A stretch of DNA of 64,000 nt. Origin: the human T2T-CHM13v2.0 reference genome, Homo sapiens. How positions within the stretch are numbered: position 1 is the first letter of the stretch; the number at the start of each line of letters is the position of its first letter. This document shows, in pieces, positions 49,296-64,000 of this stretch. The translations under genes and the position numbers were made by a program. A model generated the notes under the pieces. That model worked only from the letters and a program-made list of their open reading frames with translations. It was not told the origin of the DNA and ran no database searches. The stretch is from assembly GCF_009914755.1 (NCBI RefSeq), contig NC_060931.1; one strand, written 5' to 3'.

Positions 49296-50435
49296 TAAGT
49301 ATCAGAATCTCTGTGCCACAATCCAAATTAAGTGACAAGGAGGAATCTGTTTCCCACTGTTCAATGCTAGTTAAGCTGTTTTCTCTTCTTATGCAAAAGT
49401 CCTTTATTTCTGTTACAATCTTAAATCGATGTGTAAGCCCTGGGGATGTGGGTGGGACTTTCAGACTTTATCCAACAGAGAATTTAAAAGGATTCTCCAT
49501 AGGGGGTCTTAAACAGCTGTTGTGTACTTTTGCTTTTCTCAGTCCTTCCCTCCAGTAGCTCTCAATGTTGTGGTTTCACACTGCATTAGTGTTGGGGAGG
49601 GAGAATTTGATCTTCAGCATTTGACAGTGAAAAGGAGAGGGCTGGGAACACAAATACCAACATATTGCAACTTCCCAAGAGTGGATTTGAAGCCAGCCTG
49701 CAGAAGCCCTACCAAAAATGGTATTTGGCAATGAATATACAAAGAACTTTATTTGTGTCTGGCTGCCTGGCTATGTAATACAACAGTCAACAGTTTGTAA
49801 TTGAGTTCATGTTTTCCCTTGCATAGCACTGATTCATGACTTATGGTATGTGTGAATGAAAAAGGGTGTGCTATTAATTTCCTACCTTGGTTTTGGTCAC
49901 TGTAACAACATAAAAGCCAGCTTAAACAGAGGATGCATAGCCCCAGATAGCGGAAATTGATTTTTGTTGAACTTCGCTGTTTTTCTTAGATGCTTTACTG
50001 TGTATCCTAGTTCTCTATTACCTCAGTGGTGGGATATATGAGTTTTGTGTGCTAACCTAGCTCATTTAAGAATGAAAAAGTAAAGTATCAGTCCCCTGTC
50101 ATGCTCTCCCATAAAACTGAGTATCGCTAATCAGTTGACAAGCGAAGATTGGTGATTGCTTGGGTAGTTAATTAGCATACTTCATTTAGCAACCAAAGTA
50201 AACCCACAGGGGAGACAGCCTTACTACTGCAGATCTACATTAAAGCAAAAAGGACTTTCTTATGCCATACAATTCATGATCTCTTTCCTCAGCCTGTTGA
50301 ATTGGCAATGTCAATGTCAAGCATTTTTATTCAAGAATTCTGTTGTAATTTAGTGTTAGTCAATAGAGGCCAGATGAAATACTTCCTTCAGAAGTTATGG
50401 ATTTCAAATACTGAAGCCACTTGTTTAATCTGTAG

Positions 50436-50723
<288 letters not shown>

Positions 50724-51552
50724 TGAAGTTTTATCACTACTTAATTTTTTAAAAAAATTCAACACCACCAATTCCAGTTTTCTTCATATGTAAAAATGGA
50801 CTTGTCTGATACGTACACATTGTATATTTTCATAAATTCACTCATTTGTTCAAAAATATTTGTTGAGTGGGGCAACATACCAGCTCCTTAGGAAGCCCAG
50901 AGCTGAACCAGGCATGAACCCTGTCGGCCAAGAACTTTGGCTCAGAAGGGAAGAGATGAGATGGTCAACAATGACTGTGACACAGGTGGCCTGGAATGGG
51001 CCCTGATTCTCATAGCCCCAGGCGAGCAAGAATTCCACATCAAGAAATCTGGAAGCTGTAACTGAGGCAGTCTAGCAGTGAGGGCATGATCCCTGGGCCT
51101 AGCTAGTAAAGTGCCTTCCCTTATCTGCAAAGGCCATCCTTCTTGCGCAGAACAAGCTCTCAAAAGGCATGCACCTGAGTGCTGAGGCTGGGAGAAATAC
51201 TCACCTGGGCAGCCAGATTCACCACATTCCCCTTCCACCATATGGAGAAGTGGCATTTGAATTGGGTTAAAGGACAGCAGGTTTGGAGTTGGGCAGCTGG
51301 GCAATGGAAATACCGATCCAGGTGTGGCAGAAGAGCAGGAAAGTATAAGCACCTGTAAAGTTATAAGGAAACAGTACTTAGTTATTTGGCAAGAACAGAA
51401 CACAGAGAGGGAAGTTATGAGAATAAATGGAGAAAAATATACTTATACTAGGTCATAGAGTTCCTTGAAAACTGAACTAGAGAGTATGGAATTTATTCTC
51501 TGGTAATGTGGAAACAAAAAAGTAATCAGATTAGACTGCAATCTTTCATCAT

Positions 51553-52848
51553 TGTATTAGTCCGTTCTCACACTGCTATAAAGAAATACTGAGCCTGGGT
51601 AACTTATAAAAAGAGATTTAATTGGCTCACAGTTCTGCAGACTCTACAGGAAGCATGGCTGGAGAGGCCTCAGGGAGCTTTTACCCATAGCAGAAGGCAA
51701 AATAGGAGCAGGCATTTTACATGGCAGGAGCAGGACCAACGGGGCTGTGGGAAGTGCCATGCACTTTTAAACAACCAGATCTCCTGAGAACTCTATCACA
51801 AGAACAGCACCAAAGGAAGAAATCTGCCCCCATGATCCAATCACCTCCAACCACGCCCCTCCCTCAGCATTGGGGATTACAATTTTACATGAGAGTTGGG
51901 TGGGAACACAGAGTCAAACCATATCATTCCGCCCTAGTTCCTCCCAAATCTCACGTCCTTCTCACATTTCAAAACACAATCATGCCTTCCCAACAGTCCC
52001 CCAAAATCTTAACTCATTCCAACATCAGCTAAAAAGTCCAAGTCCAAAGTCTCATCTGAGATAAGGCAAGTCCCTTCTGCCTATGAGCCTGTAAAATAAA
52101 AAAACAAGTTAGTTGCTTACAAGATACAACGGGGGTACAGGCATTGGGTGAATGCTCCCATTCCAAACGGGAGAAATTGGCCAAAGCAAAGGGGCTCCAG
52201 GCCCTACACAAGTCCGAGGCCCTATGCAAGTCCAAAACCCAGCAAGGCAGTTATTAAATCTTAAAGCTCCAAAATAATTTTTTTGACTCCATGTCTCATA
52301 TCCAGGGCACGCTGATGCAAGGGATGGGCTCCCAAGGCCTTGGGCAGCTCTGCTCCTGTGGCTCTACAGGGCTCAGCCCCATGGCTGCTTTCATCGGCTG
52401 GCATTGAGTGCCTGCAGCTTTTCCAGGCACACGGTGCAAACTGTCAGTGGATCTACCTTTCTGGGGTCTAGAGGATGGTGGCCCTCTTCTCACAGCCCCA
52501 CCTGGCAAAGCCCCAGCACTAAGGGGAGGTCTCAGGGAGCTTTTTACCCATGGCAGAAGGCAAAGCAGGAGCAGGCATCTTGCATGGCAGGAGCAGGACC
52601 AAGTGGGGGGAGGGGGAGCATCTTATATGGCAGGAACAGGACCAAGGTGGTGACAAGCTTTCACCAAGGGGAGAGGTGCCACACACTTTTAAACAACCAG
52701 ATCTCCGTAGAATTCTATCACGAGAACAGCACCAAAGGGAGAAATCTACCTCCATGATGCAGTCACCTCCCACCAGGCCTCAGCTCCCACACTGGGGATT
52801 ATAATTCAACATGAGATTTGAATGGGGACACAAATCCAAACCATATCA
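51553..52848 (-). mobile_element. MST-family MaLR provirus (MSTA/B-like): two LTRs plus partial internal region
   Basis: TG...CA termini; complete LTR 51553-51926, internal about 51927-52525, truncated LTR about 52530-52848; 5-bp TSD ATCAT 51548-51552 / 52849-52853. Confidence 0.9.
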
Positions 52849-53189
52849 ATCATTCTCCAAGACAACTTGAAAGGAGTAGAAGCAGGAAGATGAAGTGAGA
52901 AGTGGAACTTGAAATAAGACACAATGAGAATGGAAAGGAAGAGATGAAAGGAGGAGCATCTCAGAGGTAGAATCAGAAGTATTTACCAAGGAATTGATAA
53001 AAAGTCAAAGATTAGCAAAGATATATGCTCATGCAATAACACATATATGAAGCACAGAAGCAAAAGCTGGACTCAGAACAAAAATAGCAAGTTGAGCCTT
53101 AAACACACTGAGTTTGCCTTGGGAGTAGAATGTCCAGGCAGAGAAGTCCATCAGGCAATTGAAAATGTGAATCTGCAACTTGTAAAAAA

Positions 53190-53561
53190 TGTATTATTCA
53201 GCCTGGGCTGTCATACAATAGACCACAGACTGGTTGGCTTAAACAACAAAAATGTATTTCTAACCATTCTGAAGGCTAGAAGTCCAAGATCAGGATGTCA
53301 GCATGGTTGGGCTCTATTGAGGGCTCTCTTCCTGGCCTATAGATGGCCACCTTCTTGCTGTGTCCTCACATGGCTAAAAGAATAAGAGTCAGTTCTCCAG
53401 TATCTCTTCTTAGAAGGGCACTAATCCCAGCATGAATGCCCACCCTCATGACCTTGTCTAAACTGAATTACCTCTAAATGGCCCCATCATTAAACATTGT
53501 CACAGTGGGGCTTAGAGCTTCAACATATGAATTTCCGGGGAACACAATTCAGTCCATAGCA
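53190..53561 (-). mobile_element. MLT1A-like solo LTR
   Basis: TGTATT...GGCTTAAACAACA...AAGTCCAAGATCAGG...CAGTCCATAGCA MaLR LTR signature. Confidence 0.82.
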
Positions 53562-54548
53562 GGGGTCAAGGCTGGGAATATGCTTTTGAGAGTCCAAAAG
53601 CAATTATTCAGTAGTCCAAAAGCAATTATTCAACTACATATATAAAGTGAAAGAGAAAAGCAGTGAGGTAAGGGACCCAGAAGCAAAGACCACCATGAAA
53701 GTCAGAGTAAGAGAAAGTTTCAAGGAGAAATTGGATGCTCAACAGAGTCCACTGCTACTCAGTACACCAGAAGGGTCTTGGAAGCTGAGTAACTTGAGTG
53801 ATTTGGAGGTCTAGAGTGTGCTTAGGAGCACAGGTGTTGAATGGAATGGAGAGTACACTTATTCTATTCACATGTTGTAAGTCAGAGGACTGTGATGTCT
53901 GAAGATAGAGAAACATTTGATGTTTCAGTCCTTAAGGATGACAACTAAAAAAGGAAAATGTGCAAACAAAGTAGTCAGAAAATAATGTTCATGGGGGACA
54001 TGCACTTGAAGAGAAAGGGTTGGTAGCTTTTGAGAGATGATGGGTCAGAGATCTGAGTGTGGCATGGGAAGCAAGAAGTCATCTCATCCACCTCTCTGTG
54101 AATCAGCAAGAGGGAGAGGTGTGACCCCTATTGGCAAGAGTTGCAAAGAAATTGTGACTTCAACTGAAAGCTGAGTTTCAGTTCCTGTGAGGAGGTAGGG
54201 GAACTATTAGAGAATAAGACGAGGTGACTGGGAGTTTGTTTTCAATGAGTAAGTAGGTCATAGGTCATGGTGGAGGACCAGGACTTCAGCATGCATGAGA
54301 TTGGTAAGAGAAAGTGATAGTGCCATGTAGAGCTTAATGCCTGGGATTTTGATCCTGAAAGATTCTGAAAGAGGTGAAAGAAGTGGGTGCTAGAGAGGGA
54401 GACTGGGGACATGTTAGTGACAGTGGCAGGTGAAGGCAAAAGATAGGGAGAATTAACCCATCCTCCAAGAACATACTGTTCATTCAGACTTGAGGGTTAG
54501 TCTGCCATTAAGAAGCCAGAGCCAACCCTTACAACTCAATAATAAGAC

Positions 54549-54942
54549 TGTCTTAGTCGTTTTGTGCTGCTATAACACAATACCACAAATTGGGGGATTT
54601 ATAATGAACAGAAATGTATTTGGCCCACAGTTCTGGAGGCCAGGAAGTCCAAGATCAAGGGGCCACATGTGCTGAAGGTCTTCTTGCTGTGTCATAACAT
54701 GGTGGAAGGCATCACATGGGTGTGAGAGAGTGCAAGAGAGAGCAAGAGGTGAACAGATTCTCTAACAAACCCCCTTCCACAATAATGAACTGACTCCCAA
54801 GATAATGACATTAATTCACCCATGAGAGTAGAGCCTCATGACCTAATTACCTCTTAAAGATCCCTCCTCTGAACACTGTTGCATTGGGAGGGGATTAAGT
54901 GTCCAACACATGAACTTTGGGGGACACATTCAAACCATAGCA
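54549..54942 (-). mobile_element. MSTD/MSTC-like solo LTR
   Basis: TGTCTTAGTC...GCTGCTATAAC...CACATTCAAACCATAGCA; imperfect 5-bp TSD AAGAC/AAGGC. Confidence 0.82.
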
Positions 54943-54954
54943 AAGGCAATATTA

Positions 54955-55575
54955 CTCAATTTTTTTAAGTAAGCAGAAGATTTGAATAGACATTTTACCA
55001 AAGAGACGTAAGAATAGCTAGCTAATGAGCACATGAAATGAAACATATGCCCACATGAAGATTTGTACATGAATGATCACAGTAGTTTTCTTCATAATAG
55101 CCAAAAACCAGAAGCAATCTTAATGTCCATCAACGGGTGAATGGATAAAAAAAAAATGTGGTGTGTCCATACAATGGACTAAACCATTCATCAACATAAA
55201 GGAATTACTGATGCCTACTACAGCATGATAAACCTCAGAAACATTATGTTAAGTGAAAAAAAGGCAGATAAAAAAATTACATGTTGAATGGTTCCATTTA
55301 TATGAAATTTCTAGAAAGAGGCAGAACTACAGAGTCAGAAAACAAATCAGTGGTTGCCTGGGGCCAAGAGAAGGAGTGAAGATAAACCACAAATGGACAT
55401 GAGGGAATTTTCTGGAATGTTGAGATGATCTAAAACTGGACTGTGATGATATGATAGCTGCACGTCTATATAAATTTACTAAACATCATTTAATCACTTT
55501 AATTTACTAAACATCACCAATCACTTAAAATTGGTGAGTTTTATGATCTATAAATTATACCTCAACAAAGCTGAT
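54955..55575 (+). mobile_element. Old L1M (MC/ME-like) 3' fragment
   Basis: AATAGACATTTTACCAAAG, TTCATAATAGCCAAAAAC, TTCCATTTATATGAAAT, AATTATACCTCAACAAAGCTG. Confidence 0.72.
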
Positions 55576-57991
55576 TTATAAAAAAAGAGCCTGATGAAAT
55601 TTTGGATGTTTAGGGCAAGTGTTGGGATTCTAAGCTTCTTGACAGCCACATACATGCAACAATACCCCCACCTCCCCAACAAACACACACAGACAGCACA
55701 GAGGCCAAGGCTTCCCCCATAGCCACAGTCACTCAGATACTTGACTGGAAATGTACATAGATTTCTGCAGATAGGATGGTGCTATTTCTTTCTCACTCTC
55801 ATCGAAAGACACTATTTTGTGCTACATAAAGGCTGAACCTGAATAATCTGTACATAATGCTGCTTTGGGAAATGGTTACTGATTGCATGGATAAATTTGC
55901 ACAGTGTTTTACTTCCAGGACAGCGCAATCTTGAATGTTGACATGGAACATTTCCAAAAGCATGCAATGAGCTATGTGTATGTTGAAACCTGCGACCAAA
56001 AACTTGCCTGCTTGTAGATTGGGTTTTCTTTCTAGAAAATGCCCAAATGGAGTTTGGCTAAAATCTGAATACTCTTTAAGTCCATTCAAACAAAATCGGA
56101 GTGTCACTACACTGGAAATCACTCACACCCTCCTCTGAACCCTTTTGCAATGGGTGTTGTAATTGTATTATACGTTGTTTCACACTTAATACAAGTTCTT
56201 CCATTAAACTGTGTATTGACTTCCTTGTTCTCAGCCCTTATCTGCCTCATCTTTCTGAAGTGTTTAACATTATTGTAACCCTCATTTTTCTTGAAATTTC
56301 CTCTTCCTTTGGTTTCTGGGACACTGAAACTTCCAGTTTTCCTCCTGCTTCTAGGTTGTTTTCTTTATCCTCAATGGCTTCTCTTCCTTCTGTCTTCCTT
56401 CTCTCAGATGTAGCTGTCTCCCAGGATTTTTGTCTTTAGGGGTCATCCTCCACCAACAGTTGGAACCATTCCCATCAATAACCACCTTTGATTCTCTCTA
56501 CCTGGATGTCATCATCAGTGTCACAAATTTACCATGTTCAGAATCAAACTCTTTCCTGCCAAACCCTCAATTTCTCACCTCCTGGCTTTGATTAATGGCA
56601 TCACCATTGTGTAATTTACCCACTCCTCATTCTTTTCAGTGTTCGGTTTTTCAGGTTTTGACAAATGCATGCAGTTGTGTAACCACCACCCCAACAATCA
56701 GGACATAGAACAGTTCTATCATCTCAGAAAATTTCCTTATGCTCCTTTGTAGTCAACCTCTACCCTATCCCCAGGACCTGGAAATCAGAAAACCAGATTT
56801 ATTTTCTGTCTCTAGAGTTTTACTTTTTCTAAAATGTCATATAAATGGAATCATGCAGTCAGTAGTCTTATGAGTCTGTCTCCTTTTACTTCGCATATTA
56901 CATTTGAGAGCCATCCATGTTGTCGTATCAGTAGTAGTAACGTATCAGTAATTCATTCCTTTCTTATTGTGGCAAAAAAATACATAAAATTTACCATCTG
57001 AACGATTTTTATTTTATTTTAAGTTCCAGGGTACATGTGCAAGATGTGCAGATTTGTTACGTAGGTAAACGTGTGCCATGGTGGTTTGCTGCACCTATCA
57101 ACCCATCACCTGGGTATTAAGCTCGGCATGCATTAGCTGCTTTTCCTGATGCTCCTCCCCTCCCTCGATAGGCCCCAGTGTGTGTTGTTCCCTTCCCTGT
57201 GTTCATGTGCTCTCATTGTTCAGCTCCCACTTAGTGAGAACTTGCGGTATTTGGTTTTCTGTTCCTGCGTTAGTTTGCTAAGGATAACAGCTTCCAGCTT
57301 CATCCATGTCCCTGCAAAAGACATGATCTTGTTCCTTTTTATGGCTGCATACAACCATTTTTAAATACACAGTACAGTATTGTTAACTATGTGAACATTG
57401 TTGTGCAATAGATTCCTAGAACTTTTTCATCTTAGCAAAACTGAAACTCTATATCCATTAAACAATTCTCTCTCTCCCCCAGGCCCTGGCAACCACAATT
57501 CTACCTTGTCTAAGAGTTTGACTACTTCAGATACCTCATATAAGTGGAATCATGCAGTATTTGTCTTTTTAGGACCGACTTATTTCATTTAGCAAAATAT
57601 TCTCAAGCTTCATCCATGTTCTAGTATATGACAAGATTTCCTTCTTTTTAAAGGCAGAATAATATTCCATTGTACATATATGCCACATTTTCTTTATCCA
57701 TTCATCTGTCAATGGACATTTAGGTTTCTTATACCTCTTGGCTATTATGAATAGTGCCGCAGTGGCCATGGATGTAAAAATTCTCTTTGAGATCCTTTTT
57801 TTCAATTCTTTTGTATATACACACAGAGACAGGATTGCTGGATCATATGGTAATTTTATTTTCAAATTTTTGGGGACCTCTCTACTGTTTTCCACAGCAG
57901 AGTAGTTCATCTCTTTTTATTTTTGAGTAGTATTCCATCGTACAGATGTACCACATTTTATTTATCCATTCACCAGTTAAAGAACATTTGG

Positions 57992-58288
<297 letters not shown>

Positions 58289-58865
58289 AAAGAACATTTG
58301 AGTTCTTTCCATTTTCAGGCAATTACTTATACATAATTGTAATGGCTATGACATTTGCTTGAAGGTTTTTCTGTGAACGTAATTTTTATTTCTCTTGGGT
58401 GAATATCTAGGTGTAAGAGTAACTAACTGGGTTGTAAGATAAGTGTACATTCAACTTTATGAGAAACTGCCAACTATTTTTCAAAGTGGCTGTATCATTT
58501 TATGTCCCCACCAGCGATCCATAAGAGTTCCAGTTGTTCAGCATCCTCTCCCGCACTTGACATTGTCAGCTTTCTGATTGTTAGTCATTCTAATTGGTTG
58601 TAGTGCTGTCTCATTTTCTTTTTAATCTTTATTTCCCAATGGCTAGTGATGTCGAGCCTCTTTTCATGAGCTTATTTGCCATCCTTATATCACCTTTAGT
58701 AAAGTGTCTACTCAAATCTTTTGCCTATTTTTAAGTATTTATTAATAATATTAATTTAGTTAGGGTTTATTTTATTGGCTTGTTTTTGTTTCTTATTGAA
58801 TTGTTCGAGTTCTCTGTATATTGTGGATACAAGCATATCTTATGCGATACACTTTTGCCAATGCA

Positions 58866-59154
58866 TTTTTTTTTCTTTTGGGACGAAGTCTCACTCTGTC
58901 ACCCAGCCTGAAGTGCAGTGGTGCAATCTTGGCTCACTGCTACCTCTGCTTCTTGGGTTCAAGTGATTCTTTTACCTCAGCCTCGCCAGTAGCTGGGATT
59001 GCAGGCATGAGCCACCATGCCCAGCTAATTTTTGTATTTTTAGTAGAGACAGGGTTTCACCATGTTGGCCAGGCTCCTGACTTCAAGTGATCCGCCTGCC
59101 TTGGCCTCCCAAAGTGCTGGGATCACAGGCATGAGCCACCGGTGACACTTGGCC
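58866..59154 (-). mobile_element. Alu (AluS-like), antisense
   Basis: Reverse Alu; TSD AATGCATTTTT on both sides. Confidence 0.9.
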
Positions 59155-59652
59155 CACAAATGCATTTTTCTAGTCTGTGGATTACCTTTTCATTTATTTA
59201 ATGGTATCCTTCAAAAAGCAAAAGTTTTTGATTTTGTTGAAAATTTTATCAGTTTACCAATTGATAAAACTTTATCAATTTATTTTTTTTCTTTTATCAA
59301 TCCTGGTGTTGATGTTGTATCTCCATGCATCTACTCTTGAATGCTCAGATTTGCCTATCATCCTTCCTTGCTCACTTACCTCAGTAGCAACCCTGTCTAT
59401 CACTTTTCATAGCTTACAACCATCTTTCACATTTAATCATTTCTTTGATCATCACCTTCAGTAAAGTTAGGCCAGATATTCTCCAGATGAGCTTATTGCT
59501 GGTGCTCAAATGCTCAAAATGGCTTGACCAATGCCATACAGTAAGCACGGATGATAGCGCTCTCATGGCTTGAAACTAAAACTGACTTGTTTCCTAATGC
59601 ACATGAATTGTACACCTCCCTCCCCTCACCCCCGACCCCCCCTCAACCGACA

Positions 59653-59654
<2 letters not shown>

Positions 59655-59699
<45 letters not shown>
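59655..59699. repeat. (CA)n microsatellite, about 22 units
   Basis: Uninterrupted CA run. Confidence 0.97.
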
Positions 59700-59700
<1 letters not shown>

Positions 59701-60354
59701 AGCTTCTCTCTTCTTGGTCATCATCCTAATCAGCATCACCTCCTCTTTCACTGTCCCTCCCCTCACCCTGCTGTCAGCCCCACAATGCTTTCAGGGGAGT
59801 GTGGAGTGCAGACAATACAATGCTCTTCCTGGAAACCTTCTTCCTCTTACCTCCCTGTCCCGTGAGTCCTCCAGCTATTTTCTGATACCCAGTTATTGCC
59901 CACGTCCTTTAATTCCTTGGAAAATTACCCAACTCCATCCCCCTTTTATGTGACTTTGTCTCCAGACAAATCTACATGTAGCGTAGACTGTCAGATAGGG
60001 AGACCTGATCACAGAACTTTGGCTTCCTCATCCTAAAATAAAACCAATTACATCACAGGATTGTAACCAAGTACAATCCATTATAAGGATTAAATAAGAT
60101 GTTTTGTAAAGGATATAATGCCTATGCATGAATCATTATATGACAAATACACTCTTTCACTACCTTAATTCCAGAGAAAAGCCTCATAGGCTTCCGTATT
60201 GTAGGTATGCAGGAGTGTCCCTCACCTATTCTTATTCAGAAACCTCCTAACTGGCCTCCATATTGTGAATCAGCTTCTCCTTTCTGTTCTAAGCTTGGCG
60301 CTTACAGATGCCATCTCCCTGAGCACAACTCAGAACTCAGCCATGTCCCATTGA

Positions 60355-60738
<384 letters not shown>

Positions 60739-60776
60739 TAATCCCTTCCCCTACTCCAACATGTCAAGCAACGTGA

Positions 60777-61116
<340 letters not shown>

Positions 61117-62851
61117 AGAACACATGTGTACTGTTACTCCTGGCCCCACCCCCTCCACCCAAAACTCTCCCTCTGCCCTCATATTACCTGCACCTATAAA
61201 ACAAAGTCTCCCTGTTCCTCAAGACCCACCTTACTGTCACTCTCTTCCTGCAGCCTTTCTCAGTACCCTACTATTATCTCTTTGACTTTTGGCAACCTTT
61301 GTACCTCTTTGATATTACTGCTCTATATTACAGCTATTATCTTATTGTCCTGTGTGGCAGTTATCTGCTCAATTCTCTTAACCCTGTTCATTCAGCCCTG
61401 GGACCTATCTAGTAACTTGAACAGTAACCTACTCGTATGTGATCAAGGGTCAATTGATACTTGTTAAATTGATTTTAAATGTTAATGCATATTCTGGGAC
61501 TTGAAAGTTAACACGATGATGTTGTCAGAAGTGATTGTTGATTGTTAAGATTTTCAGACTTTGAAAACTTCTACTTTGCAAAGCTGAATTAGACAGCAAA
61601 GTTCTGTAGCTCCCTCCTGGCAAGGGGTTTGAGTTTTCTGTTGGGATCAAGGCAGTCAGCAGCCATCAAGGGTTCTTGCACTTGGGCAAAGAAGTCATTA
61701 ATGGTAATTTGTATCAGCAATTACAGCATCTACCTCATTTCTTTCTTTCAGTCGCAGCGTTCAAAGGCAGGCTTTATTCTCCTTCTTGCTGGGTACTGCA
61801 AGCTACACTTGCCTCTCAGTTTTATGTCTTCCTACTCCAGCTGTCTGGTGTGGATTTTCCTTCTGCTCCAAGCTTCCTTCATTTCTTCCTCCTTATGCTT
61901 CCTACTCTTAGAGTGGCCTGGAAGTGTTGCTGGGCCAGAACTGCCCCCCTGGGTCCTGTCCACAGGGGCGGCCTCTGCCCATGCTGACTCTCCTCGTGTC
62001 ATTCTTGCATGGGCACATGTCCAGGGGGAGATAATATGTATGACCTGGTCTATCCTGAGCACAGTGTTTTAAATCAAGAAATTGCATGTTTATTGAAGTT
62101 CAGTAGACCAAACAAGACCTAAGGGTCAGGAACTCTTAAATGTTTATCCCAGTGTGGACTCAGATGTATTGGGGAATTTTAGCAAGTCACTTAACCTCTC
62201 CGTGTCCCTGTGATCTTCCTATATAGTACTGATACGGCTATTTTATATGAATCTAGTACTTTCACATCTTCATGTGACAGTTTTATTGAAATTAATTTTC
62301 AATAGAGAAACTTGTTGCCTTGCAGTTTTTTTTATTTCTGATTTTTAATATGTATTTTTACTTATGTTGATTTAGACCTTCCCATTTAATAGTAACCTTT
62401 CAATGTGGTTACATTTCTTAAAGAGTATTTATGTTCAGTTTGAAACCACACAAATTTAAATTTTGGGAGGCTTTCTTCTTCTTTTACAAGTAATGTAAAA
62501 TTGTAGTGAAGCTATTGGAAAAGAAAAGGATAGAAACATGTTAGTGCTTTGACACAGCGGGAGAGAATTTTGGAAGAGATATTCTACCAACTACAGATGG
62601 AATCTTCATCATCATGTAGACTTCAGATATTCTTTTAGAAAACTTTACATTTACTTATAATCTAAACCTTACTTGTTTAAACAAGTCATGAAATGTATAG
62701 CTTAATAATTGCCTTTAAGAAAATTGTTGCCCAAAACAGAAACCGTATTGAGTATGTAAAGCCAAGTTTAGTTACCAAGACCTACTGATTTCCTTTCATA
62801 TATGTATGGTCACATCTCTCACCTCATCTGTCCTGTTTCTTGTTTTACTAG

Positions 62852-63321
<470 letters not shown>

Positions 63322-63371
63322 TGCTAGTACTATGTCAAAGCAACAGTCCACACTTTGTCCAATGGTTTTTT

Positions 63372-63826
63372 CACTGCCTGACCTTTAAAAGGCCATCGAT
63401 ATTCTTTGCTCTTGCCAAAATTGCACTATTATAGGACTTGTATTGTTATTTAAATTACTGGATTCTAAGGAATTTCTTATCTGACAGAGCATCAGAACCA
63501 GAGGCTTGGTCCCACAGGCCACGGACCAATGGCCTGCAGCCGTGACAACACTCCTGTCATATTGGAGTCCAAAACTTGAATTCTGGGTTGAATTTTTTAA
63601 AAATCAGGTACCACTTGATTTCATATGGGAAATTGAAGCAGGAAATATTGAGGGCTTCTTGATCACAGAAAACTCAGAAGAGATAGTAATGCTCAGGACA
63701 GGAGCGGCAGCCCCAGAACAGGCCACTCATTTAGAATTCTAGTGTTTCAAAACACTTTTGTGTGTTGTATGGTCAATAACATTTTTCATTACTGATGGTG
63801 TCATTCACCCATTAGGTAAACATTCC
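63372..63826 (+). promoter_or_regulatory. miRNA seed-match sites in the proximal MET 3' UTR
   Basis: CACTGCC 63372-63378 (miR-34/449), TCTTGCCA 63410-63417 (miR-31), TTGCCAAA 63412-63419 (miR-182), TTGCACTA 63421-63428 (miR-130/301), ACATTCC 63820-63826 (miR-1/206). Confidence 0.75.
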
Positions 63827-63836
63827 CTTTTAAATG

Positions 63837-64000
63837 TTTGTTTGTTTTTTGAGACAGGATCTCACTCTGTTGCCAGGGCTGTAGTGCAGTGGTGTGATCA
63901 TAGCTCACTGCAACCTCCACCTCCCAGGCTCAAGCCTCCCGAATAGCTGGGACTACAGGCGCACACCACCATCCCCGGCTAATTTTTGTATTTTTTGTAG
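63837..64000 (-). mobile_element. Alu (old, J-like), antisense, in MET 3' UTR; cut by the window end
   Basis: (TTTG)n then GAGACAGGATCTCACTCTGTTGCC...GCTGGGACTACAGGCGC. Confidence 0.88.

Larger units (their letters stand above)
63322..64000 (+). other. MET: MET 3' UTR (partial, continues beyond the window)
   Basis: Follows the stop codon in the terminal exon; no AATAAA seen before the window end. Confidence 0.9.

Noticed and set aside
61620-62072. Overlapping ORFs on both strands in a GC-richer unique patch; possible pseudogene or antisense exon
   Set aside because: No recognisable protein similarity, no poly(A) or TSD, weak splice signals; a BLAST/Dfam search would be needed to say more

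Overview
Human genomic DNA covering the 3' two-thirds of the MET receptor tyrosine kinase gene on the + strand. It runs from inside intron 3 through coding exons 4-21 (end of Sema, PSI, IPT1-4, transmembrane, juxtamembrane exon 14, kinase, docking tail) into the start of the 3' UTR. All 18 exons have canonical AG/GT boundaries, join in frame, and show wild-type residues at the cancer hotspots I checked. Introns are filled with retroelements: a near full-length sense L1PA7-like element in intron 5 carrying a nested younger L1 and an AluY, about 15 Alus, MaLR/ERVL LTRs, old L1M/L2/MIR pieces, MER-type DNA transposon relics and microsatellites. Repeat subfamily labels and residue numbering come from recall of consensus sequences, not a database run. 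This is a well-studied locus and I see no new gene system. The most interesting sequence-level observations are: (i) apparent gene-conversion patches between the two nested L1 copies; (ii) a tailless L1 whose reconstructed empty site is a hairpin loop; (iii) a perfect PAX3/7 palindrome clustered with RFX and STAT/BCL6 motifs in intron 3; (iv) several testable RNA-processing hypotheses (Alu poison exon, intronic polyadenylation, stop-free exon 6-10 circle, decoy donors inside exon 14).
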